Shown: positions 22,301 to 34,880 of the stretch, in pieces
Layout: every line of letters starts with the position of its first letter
Position numbering within the stretch: position 1 is the first letter of the stretch
Origin: Peribolospora baueri
Taxonomy: Eukaryota
Direction of reading: 5' to 3'
NCBI GenBank assembly: GCA_029717555.1
Contig: JAMDHS010000052.1
Span: 124,001 to 160,980 of the forward strand
Length of the DNA stretch: 36,980 nt
The notes under the pieces: generated by a model
What the model was told of the DNA's origin: nothing
The model's input: only the letters and a program-made list of their open reading frames with translations
Database searches by the model: none
Position numbers and translations under genes: made by a program

Positions 22301-25300
22301 GAGTATGTCGTTCTGATGGGTCAAATCCTCCACTCTTACAAGAAAAAAAGGGCGGCAGGGAAAAAAATAAGCGCCACACCCCGGCACACGTGGGACAATG
22401 GCTGATTAGGAAACAGAGACGCAACAAGCGCCAAAGTCCTGACGCACGCACCTCTTGCGAAGGTCCTCCGCCTCTTTGGCCATCCCTTGCTTCTGAGCTT
22501 CCCAGCTTGCCTGACTGGAAGCAAGGTTAGCCTGAGCAGTCTCCGCGGCGGTCTGATGCTCGCGCACGCGCGCTTGAATCTCGTTTGTCTGCTCCTTGAG
22601 CTGTGTGAGCAGCTTGACGTCCTCGGCGTGGGCGACGAGCTCACGTTCGTACTTGTCCTGAGCCTCTTTTGCGATCTCAGCCTGCTTGCGGATATCTTCC
22701 TGGATGCTGAGCTGCTCGTCCCGGACACGCTCCTCGACTTTGCTCAGATCCGCGATGGCGTCCTCGAGGAGCCGTTTCTCCTTATCGAACGCCAATTTCT
22801 GCGTCTCGAGTTCGCGACGGAGCTCCGAGCTTTCCGTCGTAGCATTATTGACTTCGGACAGCGCGTTGCTGAGACGCTCCTGGAGGCTTTGCAGCTCGGC
22901 CTACCGGATAGCAGAAGACGGGTCAGATAGATATCGCACAAAATTAACTGTAGCTTTCACAGGAAGAACGCTCACCTCCTTCTTCTGAAGGCTCGAGTCC
23001 GTGCTCGCCTTATACTCATCATAATCGGCGTTCATTTGCGACAAGGCAGCCTCATTGGCCTGAGCGATGGCCTTGAACTGCTCCACATGCTCCATGGCCT
23101 GGGCCGCCTCGACCTGAGCCGCCTTGAGCTCGCCCCTCACCTCGGCGAGCTCTATCTCCAGCTCCTGCTCCCTACTGAGGCCCGCCTGGGCTTGGCTGCC
23201 GCCGTCTTCCCCAGAGGGTGCTTTCCGCCGCTCGTAAACGGACAGTTTCTCGTCCTTGGAATCAAGCTGTTTGACCAGATCGTCAACACGTGCCTGCAGA
23301 TGTGTCTCGTTCGTCTTGGCCACCGCCAAGGCTTCGCGGGCAGTGGCCAGGTCGGTGTTGGCCTTATCTATCCTCGACTGCGTGTCCCGGATGTCCACTT
23401 CGTGTCGCAAACTGAGCTGGTGGTAATGCTCTAACCCCGTCTTCAGCTGATCCCGGAGCTCATGACACTGAGACTCGAGTGACATGACCTGGTTCTCCAA
23501 TCGGCGCTTCGCCTCGTTGCCCGAACGTTCGACCTCGTTCTGCATCGACTGAAGGTTGTGGATGACGTCGGACAAGTTAGCCCTCTCTTTGGCAATGTTT
23601 CGATTCTCCTCCAGCAAACGAGCTTCGACGCTCTGTGATATGCGGGGCAAGCAAGCAAAGGCGGTGGCATGGTGAGCGTTAATAAGACGAAGCATACGAG
23701 CTCGCCGAAGTCCTGATGACACGGCACCAAGACAGAGCTCGGTGGTCTCGCCGACTCACCTTCCAAAGCTCCTTCTCAGCCCTCAAATTGGCGTTCTCGT
23801 TCCTCAGCCTGTCCACGGAACCCTTCATCTCCACGAGCTCCTCGGTGACGCGATGCGCCGCGATCTCCTGACGCGTCAGGTTGTCCTGTAAGTGTTGGCC
23901 TCGCTTCGTTATCTCGGCCAACTCGTTTTTGCGCATGTCCTCAGTCTGCGTAATGATGTGCAGTCGCTCTATTGACCATCACCGACGCGAAAGTGATCGT
24001 GAGTTTAAGTTGAATAAACGAAATGCCTTGGCAACAAAATTTGAGGCCAAAGTTCAACCAGGAAAAACAGACTGCCGAACTCACCATTCAAGAAATCAAT
24101 CTGCGCATTCGCCTTGGCAACATTGACCTGATGCCTCCCCGATTCCCTCTGCGTGTCGCGCAAGTCATCGCGAAGCTTCTGAGTGTCGACGCCGATCTCG
24201 TCGCGGAAGGCGTCAAAGTTGGCTTGCAGCTCGGTGTACATCGCTTGGTAGTTAGGTCCCTCAGTATTGGCGTCCCCGCCTTCGGTGACAGCAACGGTGG
24301 ACATCGAAGATGTGGCACCGGGAGCACCAGAGGATGAAGCTTGACGACGTACCGTCTCCGCATACATGTCCCTCTCGCGCTTGAAGCTCTCTGCTTTGAG
24401 TTTCGCGTCTTCGAGCTCGGATCGAAGCTTGAGGATCGTTTCGTGCGCTTCCTGTACAGCCTCCGTTTCAGCGGGTCCCATGCGGTTTCGAAACTCTTCT
24501 TCTTCCATCTCCATACGTTGTCCAAGTTCCCGGGTGATGCGCAACAGCTTCTGGTTCTGCTGCTGCAGCTCGGCCAGGCTGCGGTAGGTGAGCAGGTTAC
24601 CGGTGATGACGTCTTCGACGTTTGGTCCGCCACCGGCATCGATGTCGGCCATGGCTTCGCTATCCTCTTCGGCGCGTAGGGAGAGCTCAAGCGAGGGATT
24701 GTCCCGTATGCTCAACTCGCGCGTCAGGAACCGCACCTGACGTGCGAGGTCGCTCACTTGCTGCTCAAGTAGAGCGTTCTCCCGCCTGAACGTTTCGGCC
24801 TGTCGGCCCTGCTCCTTGAGCTCCTGCTCGAGCGAGGCCGACTTCTGTACCACTTCAGAGTGTGTTGCGATAAGCGAGTTGAGTTCTGAGCTAACTCGAA
24901 TATACTCCTCCTTCTGCTGCAGCAGGAGAGGCGCCTGCAGTAGGGTCGTAGACGAAGCACATTAGAGAGGAGGTCAACACACGATTGCGTAGATAAACGC
25001 ATTACGAGTGCACTCACCCGCTCCTCCAGCTCCCTCAACATGGTGGTCAACGCCTCTTCCAACTTCCTGCTGTCCGCCTTCTCTTTCACAAGCTCTCCTT
25101 GGATGCGGACATAGTCGGTGTAGATCTCTGTGTAGCTCCTCCCGGACTTTTGTAGCTTGCTCGCCAAGCTCGCCGTCGGGCTGAGGGTGAGAACTGGATG
25201 GCTGGAAGCCACGGCACGGGCGCCCGCAGGGGTGGATGCACGAAGCAGCTCGCCGGGAAGAGCAGACCCGCCGGGCGTCGGTGTGGAAGGGGCGCTTGCG

Positions 25301-26832
25301 CCTGGAGGACCTTGGCTCTCCGGTGGAGTAGAGCCAGTATAAGGAGTGACATCGACCCCAAGGGCTTCAAGTCCGTCCGCCATGCGCTCCATAGCATCTC
25401 GATACTCTTCCTGCTTCGCCTCTGCTGCCTCTCTGCGTGCCGTCTCCGCAGCGATTTCCTCCTTGAGCTTCTCCTCTCTCTGACGCCATCGTTCGTTCAT
25501 GGCCTCCCATTCGCCAAGGACATGGTCCACCCGCTTCTTCTCCTCCGCCCTCAACTCTTCCGTCTTGGCCATGTACCGGTCGATCATGCCCTTGTTGTGC
25601 CGGATCTCCTCGTCTTGGTCCGCCAGGCGGCCGTTCAGCTCGGTGATCTTGGCGAGCGAGTCTGTCAGCCGGTCGGAAGTGGATTTGTGGAGGGTTTGGA
25701 GGGAGGTCAGTGAGGCAGAGGCAGAAGCGGCGTTTTGCTGGGCCACATCAAGGTCCGTTTGAAGTTTGACAATCTCGGCATGCTAACAGAAGAGAGAGGG
25801 GATAGCGCTCAGAAGTTGCATGAAGGGACGCGATGGTCTCTGAAGCGCGGCGCGCTTCAAGCTGCTCACCTTGTCCTGTCTGTACTTGGCAAACTCCTCC
25901 GTCTTGCTCGTGAGCTCGCTGTTGAGCCACTCGTTATCCTTGTTCTTAAGCTGGAGTTCCTGCTCATGACTTTGCGCTTTGAACTGGGAGATAGGTTCGA
26001 GTGGGAAGGACCGGTGTGAACGGCCACGTATCGTATGATCGAAAGGGGGATCAGCTCACCTTGGCCGTCCCTTCTGCACTCTTAGCATCCTGAAGCTCGG
26101 TGGAGAGTCGAGAAACCTCCTGTCGAGCCTCCCTATTGCGAGCGGTAAGCGCCTCGAGCTCCTCTACGGAACGAGGCAAACAAGAGGGGAAAGTCGGCCG
26201 ATCGGCATGTGAATAGAGAGAGCAAGAACTGAGGAAGCATAAATAGCAGGGAGCGCATATCGATCACATCACCCACCATCCCTTCGGGTCGCCTCTTCAC
26301 GCTCCCTGTCCAAAGCGACGACAATGCTTCGCTTCTCCCTCTCCACCTTGTCCAGACTCTCGCGGAGGGCGGAAGCATCGGAAGACGAAGAGGCGGTGGA
26401 GGACTTGAGCGCTTCGTAGTCGGATCGCACGGACTGGAGCTCCAAAGTTGCCGCGGCCTTCTCTCGCTCGGCTTGTTCTCGCTTCTCTTTCTCCTGGTCC
26501 CTCTCCGCTGCGGCTTCAGTGACCCTTCCCTCCGCATCGTTCAGCAAACCCTCCGTCTCCACCTCCTTCCTCGTGCGCTCACTCCTCTCTCTCTCGAGCT
26601 CGGCCCTGAGCTCATTGATCGTGTTCTGCGCCTGACCGGCGGCAGGGAAGAGCTGAAGGAATGTGCGATAGAGGTGGAGAATGAGCTCCGGCGTAGGCTC
26701 AGAGAGAGAGGGAGGGTCGACGGAACTGGGAGGCGAGGTGGACGAAAGATAGGCAGAGAGGGTGGAGAGGTCGATGTCTGTGGGCACGTCAAGGTGCAAA
26801 GCCGCCGGGGATTGAGTGGCCGCTTGGGCCAT
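19327..26832 (-). CDS. MLP1: Nuclear basket nucleoporin TPR/Mlp1/Mlp2 homolog, multi-exon
   Basis: About 7.5 kb of coiled-coil exons with family-typical segments LLTYRSLAELQQQNQKLLRITREL, AQDKYERELVAHAE, LTHQNDILHNQLE, LQEVIRYLRREKE, INQLNVLRESNTTLR, RWKSRTQQILQKYERIDP. Disordered C-terminus with RGG repeats and basic clusters. Probable ATG at 26832 (MAQAATQ). Confidence 0.92.
20704..21335 (-). repeat. Intragenic tandem duplication (326 + 306 bp) containing an intron, inside the TPR/MLP1 gene
   Basis: Unit 1 is 21335-21010 and unit 2 is 21009-20704. Each has GQQ(Q/E)V(A/P)NET(A/V)L, an intron starting GTGAGTGCT, then 192 nt coding NELRAERDRLQQEKE...QEKE. I counted 13 differences in the 192-nt coding part. 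Confidence 0.95.
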
Positions 26833-27421
26833 TGTCGACGGCGGCACGAAAGACTAGGCCTCGGTGCGCGCGTGCGCTATCGAGAAGGAAAGGGGTGCGC
26901 GGAATGGAGGTAAAAAAAGTCACCAACTGCAACCTTACGACGGTGTGGCCGAGACGGTGATGGCCGTGACGATGTCGCTGAGAAGGCCTGATAGTCGTCG
27001 TATGGTTGGTGGATGGGAGGAGAATGGAATGATTGTGCGGAGGACGGGCGAACACAATGAATGCAGGGCGATCGCACGGACGTAAGCGGTGATAGGTGTC
27101 TGCGTTGGAGCGTGGCAGGCTGGCCAAACGTACCGGAAGCACGTGATGTCACTACTGCTCTATATCAGTCCATTCCAGTTCATTACAGCGCTGTTTCAAT
27201 CTTGCCTTTGCATATCGCTTACTCTACACGACGCGTTAAGGCGAGCTGGACGCGGACGACTGACGTCGGCAGAGGGCAGTCAGTCAGTGATTGAGCAAGC
27301 AGGTCGGCTGGAGAAGAGCAAACGTGAGCGAAGGAGATAGGAGAGGCAGCGAGGGGGAGGGAGACCGTACTGGCGGGCTCTCGCACCACCTCACCGCCAT
27401 TCACCCAGGTGCCAGGCCGAG

Positions 27422-30400
27422 ATGTCCAACCGCCACGGCTTCATCTTCGAGTACCCTTCGATAAGGGTCGACAAGTTCACCGACGAGACGCGCGACAGGG
27501 TCCATATCCCGGGCACCGATCCGCCGAGGTACTATGGTCAGCCATGGTGCTATTTACTCACGCACATTGTCAGTCTCTGCTTGCCTGAGTCGCACGTCTC
27601 GGACGGATATGGCTGATCACCCCTTTGCTGAACCACCGCTTCTCGCTGCCTCGCTTTCGTGCCCGCAGCACTCGGACCACCTTGAGGGCCTCTCGTCCCA
27701 AACCTTCGAAGGCACCGTCTACTGCTCCGAGCTGACCAAGCAGATGCTTCTCTCCCTCGAGACGGCGCCGCACCGCAACAACCGCGACCTGCTAGGCACA
27801 GAGAGGGTCAGGATGTACAAGCATTTGCAGAGGACGGAGGCAGAGGCGGAGCAGATGAACAGGAAGGGCAATGCCAAAATGGGTTGGATCGACAAGAAGG
27901 CCTATGATTATCTCGTGAGACTGTCGACCCAGTTCGGCTCTTCTCCGGCCCCGTCCTGGACCATGCTGTGGACCGGCGTGCATGTGGCCGTGCTGACGAT
28001 CTTCCCAGGTAACTCGTTCCCCTCCGCTCCGCTTTCTCTGCAGCGCCCGCTCCCATTCAATGTCCCCACGCTCATAGAGATCGGTCCACACCCTACGGAT
28101 ACCGTCCGGTTGACCCTCTTGGACGCCAATCACTGTCCAGGCGCGGCCATGTTCCTCATCGAGGGCCGCAACGGTGCAGTCCTTCATACAGGTGATGTGC
28201 GAGCAGAGGCGTGGTGGCTTGAGGCCCTAAAACACAATCCTCTCGTAGAGCGCTATATCCCCTTTCCGGAAGGGGAGAACGACGTGTGCGAGTTGGTGGC
28301 GGACGCAAAGGCGGGCGCCCGCAGATGCGTTGACGACAGGGACGACCAGATGACCTCCTTGGACAGCGAGGCGGCTTCCGGCGAGGACTCCTCTTCCCCG
28401 CGCAATCGGACTAGCTTGGATTCCCCCACGTTCCGCCTCGAAAACATCTACCTCGACACAGCCGCCGTCCTCACGGAAATAGAGCTGCCCCCCAAGGCGG
28501 ACGCGGTGATGGATCTCGTCAAGCTTCTCCGGCGCTATCCCTCTGACACCCGCGTCTTTCTCAACTGTTGGACGCCGGGGTACGAAGACATGTTGAAGGG
28601 CGTAGCCAAGGTTTTTCGTTGTAAGGTGAGGAGAGGCTTTCTGAGCTGACCGACCCATTTCCGGACCGACGCCCACCCGTCATATCGTCTCACGTGCCGT
28701 CGTTGTCCATGCACCCGTCAACTTGCTTTCCACAGGTCCATCTAGACCGCTACCAGCTGCGCCAGCTCTGCCGCCTCCCCAGCGCCAAGCTCGCGGACCC
28801 CTTCCTCGCATCAATAGGTACTCCGGACGGAACGTCCACCCGTTTTCACGCCTGCGATCGATGGAACAGGTGTCCGGCCGTGGACAAGCCGGCGTTGCGC
28901 GCGGGAGGGTTCGCGGCGTTAAAGGGTGAGATGCAGGACCGGCCAGAGTCAGTTCGGTGCAAGGAGGGTGGGCCGGCTGTGAAGGTGAAGGTAGATAAGG
29001 AGTCGATAGCTTCAACGCACCACGTGTCGCACGGGGACCCGGCGCGAACGAGTAACGAAGGACCTCTGGTTGTGTATGTCAATCCGGTCGAAATGAGTGT
29101 CGAAGACTGGGCGACGTTCAAGACGGTATTTTCGGAGCGGTTGGATGAGGCACAAAGTGGTAGAGGCGGGTGGCCTACGTCTCTGGTGAGCATCGGTGGA
29201 GACATCTTCGTTCCGAGCCTCTGCGGTCATCGGCCTACGCTCTTGCCGACAGTCGCCTTTCGGTTTCATCTCGCCTTCGTTATCACAGATGTGCCCCATT
29301 GCAAGGCACTCGACGCTGCCCGAACTGCTTCGCCTGGTATCCCTCTTCCGCCCGCTGACCATCACTCCAAACACGACGGAGTCGTCGGCGGAAAAGTGGG
29401 ACTACTTCCTATTGCCCCGTCTCTTCGGCCCGCACCTCGGCCCGGGAGGGCAAGAGAGGCTAAGGACTGAGGCCAAACGCGAGGTGGGCGAGACGGCCTG
29501 GGTAAGGTTCGAACAGTCACTTAAGGAGGCCGGTTGGTCTCCGAATATGCCGCCTTTAGCCGCCGCACCCGCACCACCAACGGACCCGAACATGGCTCCA
29601 TCCGGCGTCAACCCTCAGCTGCACGCTTCCCGCAAGTTTGACATCACACTCCAGAACTTGGCCGGTGGCGAGGATGTGGTGGCGGAGGTAGAGCCGTGGC
29701 TTTCGCGCGGCGGGGAGCGACTGCTCATCACGCCTCCTGCTGTGAGGAGGATGGAGGCGGATCGGAGCTCCGATACACATCCCACGAGGACTGGCTTGGC
29801 GATTGGTAATGGCGGAAAGGGCTGCACACAGGATGAGGGTTCCGAAGGCGGAGCTCGCGACGAAGCTGGTGAGGCTCAAGGATCAACAGCAATGGTGCGG
29901 TCGAGAATTCGACGAAGGTGAGACAGACAGAGACCGTCGAGCATGACGTCGGATCGCTTGGTTCTGACCTTGCGAGGTAGTTCTGACGTGTTTCTCTTTC
30001 CTTCTCCTTTCTGCTCGCCTCCTCCTTTTATCTCCCGCAAGTCCGTCCTCGATATTAAGACAACAAGTTTCCACCACCACTACCTCCGTTTCTCATCCCT
30101 CCGTGGCCCGTCAGGAAAAGGCTGCTCGAAGAGAGTCAATACCGGACGTGGCTGAAGTGGCTGCTTCCGATCTTTCTGCCTTCGCCCCACACACACCTCA
30201 CTTTACTCTTCTCCCTGCCGCGAGGATCTCATCGGCAAAATATCGGATTCCGCCATGTCCGCATCGTATGAGACGCGCCCCTCAAAGGTTGAAGCGCATG
30301 AGTCCTGACGACGACGACGATGACGACGACGACACCGCCTCGACTCCGGAAAAGCGACCACGCATCTCGTCCGAGGTTGGCACTCAGCGTCGGCTGCCGA

Positions 30401-30903
30401 GCAGCAGTCTGGATCTGACGAGTCCGGAGGCGCCGAAAGGCCCTAGCCGATGTAGGGGAGAGCTCGTATCTGTGCTGGAAGCGCGTCACAGCGTGCCATC
30501 GGACCTCCTCCAGCGCACCGGGGCTTCTTCCTCTTCGATCCTGATCCATCATCACTCGCTAGATAGACGGAGCCAAACGACCGAAAGCAGCGGGAAGAAG
30601 GACCGACGAAGGGGGTTGGAGGTGGGCGGGGAGCCAAGCGCTTCGACGACCTCTTCAGCTCGGTGTAAAGCGCCGATCTTGCTTGCAGAGGCGAGCTCCG
30701 TCACGTTTTCAGAGCTTTTCATGGACGCGAGCAGACATGTTCCCCGTACAGAGGAAGATGTAGGGGTGGAAGGGAAAGAAGAGTCACAAGAAGGCCGGAT
30801 CGACGCGCGACGAGTGGAGGAGCTGGCAAAGGAGCTACGAGAAGGAGGAAGACTGCCGATGCTGGCATGTCTCCAGGAGAGCATGAACTCTTGGGAACAA
30901 TGA
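27422..30903 (+). CDS. Artemis-type (DCLRE1C/SNM1 family) metallo-beta-lactamase/beta-CASP nuclease, multi-exon
   Basis: [13 protein letters not shown] (intron 27569-27668), [63 protein letters not shown]...FRP..ITPN, then a long disordered tail. The last exon joins in frame via intron 29918-30041 to the stop at 30903. Confidence 0.9.
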
Positions 30904-31268
30904 CTGGCGCTAAAGATGAGGAAATGGGTGGTGAGCGGGTTGAGATTTGTATTTTCGATGTAGCCTTGGTTTCTTGATCTGCTTCAGTGTATCCTAGAAC
31001 GCTCATCTCGCAGATTTGTTTACAATCGCTCCAGCTTGGTATCATTAGAAGGAAACATATGATACAGTGTACATACGCTGCTCGAGGAGCGGACCGCTTG
31101 GTGATATTCTACCCGTAAAGAAATGTAGGGCGGCAACAGGTAGTTGAATCGAGGGACACCCCAACGTCAACTTCCACTGTCACTAAGCATGCAAGCAAAG
31201 GCTGATTCTCTCACAGGTCCATCCATGCATCCATCTACCCATAGACAGAATGCACTCAAGTAGAGAAA

Positions 31269-31839
31269 CTAGCTCTTTGCTGCTAAGCTCTTGGTGACAC
31301 TGTCGATATAAGTTTGCAGCGTCTCATTCTCCGCCGCCGCCTTCTCGCACTCGGCCGCAACTGAAGCGTTTCGTTCCAGGAGAGCTGGAGACGTCGAGGA
31401 CACAGAGATGAGAAAGAGTCAATCGGTTCTCATCGTCCCAGAAGTTGACACGAGACGATATTAGAAGCGGCGAACACGTCAACACCTACCTCGCAAACCG
31501 TCCTGCATCGTCAAGATCTCCCTGAGTGCCCAAAGGTACCAAGCAGAGAAGAACCGGGTTCACGACAATCAATAATGTATACACATGCAGCCAAGATGGA
31601 AAAAGAGGCCTCCAGACAGGAAGCGACCTCAAGGGGCGCTCACTGGACCAATTTCTCTTTCTGGACGACCTCGTCCGTGGAGATCTCATCGCCCTGTGAC
31701 CAAGCCACAGCGAAGCAGGAGAAAGACAAATCAGACCGTCGCTCGGCCGAAACCTGGCACCTGCACCGTATGTAAGCAAAAAAATCCATGCTGCCTTCTC
31801 ACTTACCCATGCAATATTCATTTCCAGAGGGTCGGCCAT
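31269..31839 (-). CDS. Short coiled-coil protein, SCOC/Slo1-like (DUF2205), 76 aa
   Basis: Exons 31839-31807, 31693-31644, 31521-31490, 31384-31269 (231 nt; donors GTAAGT, GTGAGC, GTAGGT; CAG acceptors). They give MADPLEMNIAWGDEISTDEVVQKEKLVQEILTMQDGLRALLERNASVAAECEKAAAENETLQTYIDSVTKSLAAKS*, matching the SCOC pattern K..L...il.lQ..L..L..R...V..E..K...EN..L..YI. Confidence 0.85.
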
Positions 31840-32047
31840 GGTAAGATGGACGACAAGCCGGTCGTTGGTGATCGTTGCGGCGGACCAGCTGATAGATTGA
31901 TTAATTGATTGACCTGACGGCCCGAAGCCCCATTGCCGCAGTAATTATGCTGCTGCGGTAAGACGTTGGCCGCAAAATGTTACGGAGGTCGAATTGGAGA
32001 ATCGTGTGTCAATCTGCCGTTGCCTCATCTGACTGAGGCGAGCGAAC

Positions 32048-33262
32048 ATGCCATTCGACGCCACGACCTTCCTGACCGGGCAAGGTTGGGAGGGCAAGGG
32101 CAAGCCTCTAAACCGCACTTCTGGCGCCCGGGCAAAGCCGGTGCACATCGTGCAGAGGACGAGCTTGAAGGGCGTTGGCACGGACCGGGAGCGGGCGGTG
32201 GAGTGGTGGGATAATCTCTATGAGGTGAGTGAACAGGCAGCGTGATGAGACAGCTCTCAAATGCGGTCATTCATCTTCCTTTTTGTCTTTTGCTCCGATC
32301 TCCTTGCCTCTCTAGGCGGCTGCCAAGAGTATCAAACTGAACGTAGACAAGTCGGATGAGCAGGGCGCGGAAGTGAGTACCGTGCTCATGGAGCCAATTG
32401 GGTTAACTGGGGCTATCGAAAGTTGAAGATTTTTCCTGGTTGCTCGCACTAGTCACCATCCGCTACGACCTTTCACCGCACCTCCACGGGCATCCTCTCC
32501 ACCTACCGTACCCCCACGACTAGTAACACTCCGTCCGGTGCCTCTACCCCCGACGGCGATGCCTCCTCTTCGGGTCCAAGCTCGGACAGCGTCGCCCCTG
32601 AGCGGAAAGTTAGTCTGATGGCTCGTGCGAAGCAGGACATGGTCCGGCGACAGCTCTACGCCGCCTTTCTGCGAGGCGAGGTTGTCGGCTCGGCAGTGGA
32701 GGAGAAGGAGCAAGCGGCGAACGCAGCAGGAGTTGCGGTTACCTCTCCCGAAGATCCGAAGACCAAGAAGAAGGACAAGCACCGAGGGGAGAAGAGAAAA
32801 CCAAAGGAGGGCAAGGAGAAGGAAGCGAAACGGATGAAGAAAGACCGGAAAAAGGAAAAGAAGGAAAAGGAGGAAAAGGAGGAAAAGGAGCGGGGCGGGA
32901 AGGGCAAGGCAAAAGCGGTGGATGGGGTTGCGGACGTTGCCGATTTCGGTTATCAAGACGGCGCCGTAGCGAGAGTTTTCATGGAGGCTGCGGAAGCAGC
33001 GGCGAAAGCCGCAAGGAGAGAGAAGCGGCGGAGAAGGCGGGAAGAGGAAGGTGAGAAGGCTCCGGGGAAGCGGGAGGCAGGCATAGAAAGGGAGGGTGAG
33101 AAAGGAGATGGTGGAGACAAGGTGCAGAAGGTTGTGTGTCTCGGAAACACACTGGCGAGCGAGGTACGGGCACAGCAAGAGGAGGTGAAAGTAGCGGAAG
33201 GAGAGGGTCGGCAGATGGAGAAGCAGAAGACGAAGACGAAGAAGCGGCGACGGGAGGAGTGA
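32048..33262 (+). CDS. Tma23-like / G-patch-like nucleolar protein with Lys/Glu-rich tail, 3 exons
   Basis: N-terminus FLTGQGWEGKGKPL...KGVG.DR....EWWDNLYE, middle LYAAFLRGEVV, and a KKEK-rich C-terminus, which is the layout of fungal Tma23-like proteins. Two GTGAGT..TAG introns between ~32225 and ~32452. Confidence 0.75.
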
Positions 33263-33615
33263 GCGCGTGGGGTTTTCGCTCATCGACTCATAGCATCTCA
33301 GGCTCGGAGTTCATCGCTTGTACCTACATCCGCCGGACGATTCCCAAGTTTTTTTAGAGAAAGGCAGTGACATATTCATCGCGAGCACAGGAGCGACGGG
33401 CGACGTGATACAAGACCATGTTGGGCCGCGCATGGACATATTCGTCGCGGGCACAGGAGTGACGAGCGACTAGATACGGGATCATATGGGATGAGGGGGG
33501 ACGACCACCGAACGTGAGCGCTCACCACTCGTGGTGTACTGTACAGAGTAATCGATCCCCCGCGGACGATGACGCACATCCGGAACGCCAAACAGACAAC
33601 AGCTCGATGGGGCGC

Positions 33616-34319
33616 TCAGAACTGCATGGCGTGCGGGAGCTGGCCCTTGGAGAGGGAGAAGGTGGCAGCCAGGTACTTGATGTAGTTGGGGCCGGTCTTC
33701 TTGGCCGCCTCGATGACGGTCTTGTCCAAAGCCTTCTGGTCCGCGGCCTTGGACTCGGGGAAGGGAGCCTTCTTGGCCGGGTCGGCGAAGAAGGCCGCGT
33801 CAGCGGCCTTGGTCGCAACCTTGTCCTTCTTGAAGTACGAGTCGTTCAGCTTCTCGTCGATCTTCACAGCGGAGATGTCAAGCTTGGTGCTCGTCGCAAT
33901 GACGTACTGTGCAGAGAATAAAAGCCATGCCGATAAGTAACGGTTCTCGACTGAATTCGTATCATGAACGGCTTCGCAGCAACACTCACAGCGGCATTGA
34001 CCCTTCGCAGTGGCACACCGTTAACCTTGAAAGGACCGGTGACGAGCAGGAGACCGCTGTCCAGCTGCTTGAGGAAGACGACGCGCTTGCCGCGGAAGCG
34101 GCCGGCGAGGAGGATGAGGACGGTGCCGGGAGTGATGGAGGAGCGAAGCTTGGCGGGCTTAGCAGTCTTCCTCGACACCTTGGGCACGGGCTCGTCCTCG
34201 GCGGGGTAGAAGCGGGGAGCCTTGGCGGTGGGAACGAGGCGAGCGCCGCCGTTCTTGGCGCCACCGACCTTCTTCTCCTTGTGAGGTGCCGCCTCGGTCG
34301 CTGTGGAAGTGCGCGCCAT
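33616..34319 (-). CDS. RPL6: 60S ribosomal protein L6 (eL6)
   Basis: RFYPAED...[61 protein letters not shown]...[19 protein letters not shown]. One coding intron, 33989-33907. Confidence 0.97.
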
Positions 34320-34652
34320 TTTTGGTGGATGAAAATGAAGTTGCCGAGGTCTGCAATATGAGCGGCGAGGACGGAAGGAAGGGTATTCTAATCAGACCTT
34401 CTGTCCTGCCAATCCAAGCAACCGCCGCCCCGCCTGCCCGCTCAAGGTGCTTTCCAATTCTGCTCCTGGAGGCCTTGGACCGCTGACCAATGCCACGTCT
34501 CCTTCGTCGCCTGCACAAGGACCATTGAGACCATCGTCCTCCTCTTCGCTCAGCCTTTCCGCATCCATCCTCTATCTTCTTCGCACCGGTGCCCGTCGCC
34601 TGCGAATTCCCCAACCAGCGATATCACCACACTGCATGCTCGCCCTCCCGGC

Positions 34653-34680
34653 CCTCCTCCTCCTCCTCCTCCTCCTCCTC
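34653..34680 (+). repeat. (CTC)n trinucleotide microsatellite
   Basis: About nine consecutive CTC units, upstream of the RPL6 ATG. Confidence 0.9.
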
Positions 34681-34880
34681 AATAGCGCCAGACACACCCT
34701 GCGGGAAAGCAGATTCAAAGTCCAGGCCATAGAGCACTCACCGGTCTTGCTGCTGCTTGCGAAATGCGACGTTTGAAAGCCAAGAGGTCGCTCACGGGCC
34801 ATAGGTGGGCATGGGCGGCCCAGCCCTCTCGCCGCAGCCGACACTTCGGAGAAGGCCAGGGGTCTTGTACAGTTGAGATA

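Noticed and set aside
31801..31808. ACTTACC motifs (also near 15428) suggesting a U1 snRNA 5' end
   Set aside because: They are reverse complements of GGTAAGT splice donors of minus-strand genes.
32453..33283. 276-aa hydrophobic minus-strand ORF resembling a membrane protein
   Set aside because: Antisense of the Lys/Glu-rich tail of the Tma23-like gene.
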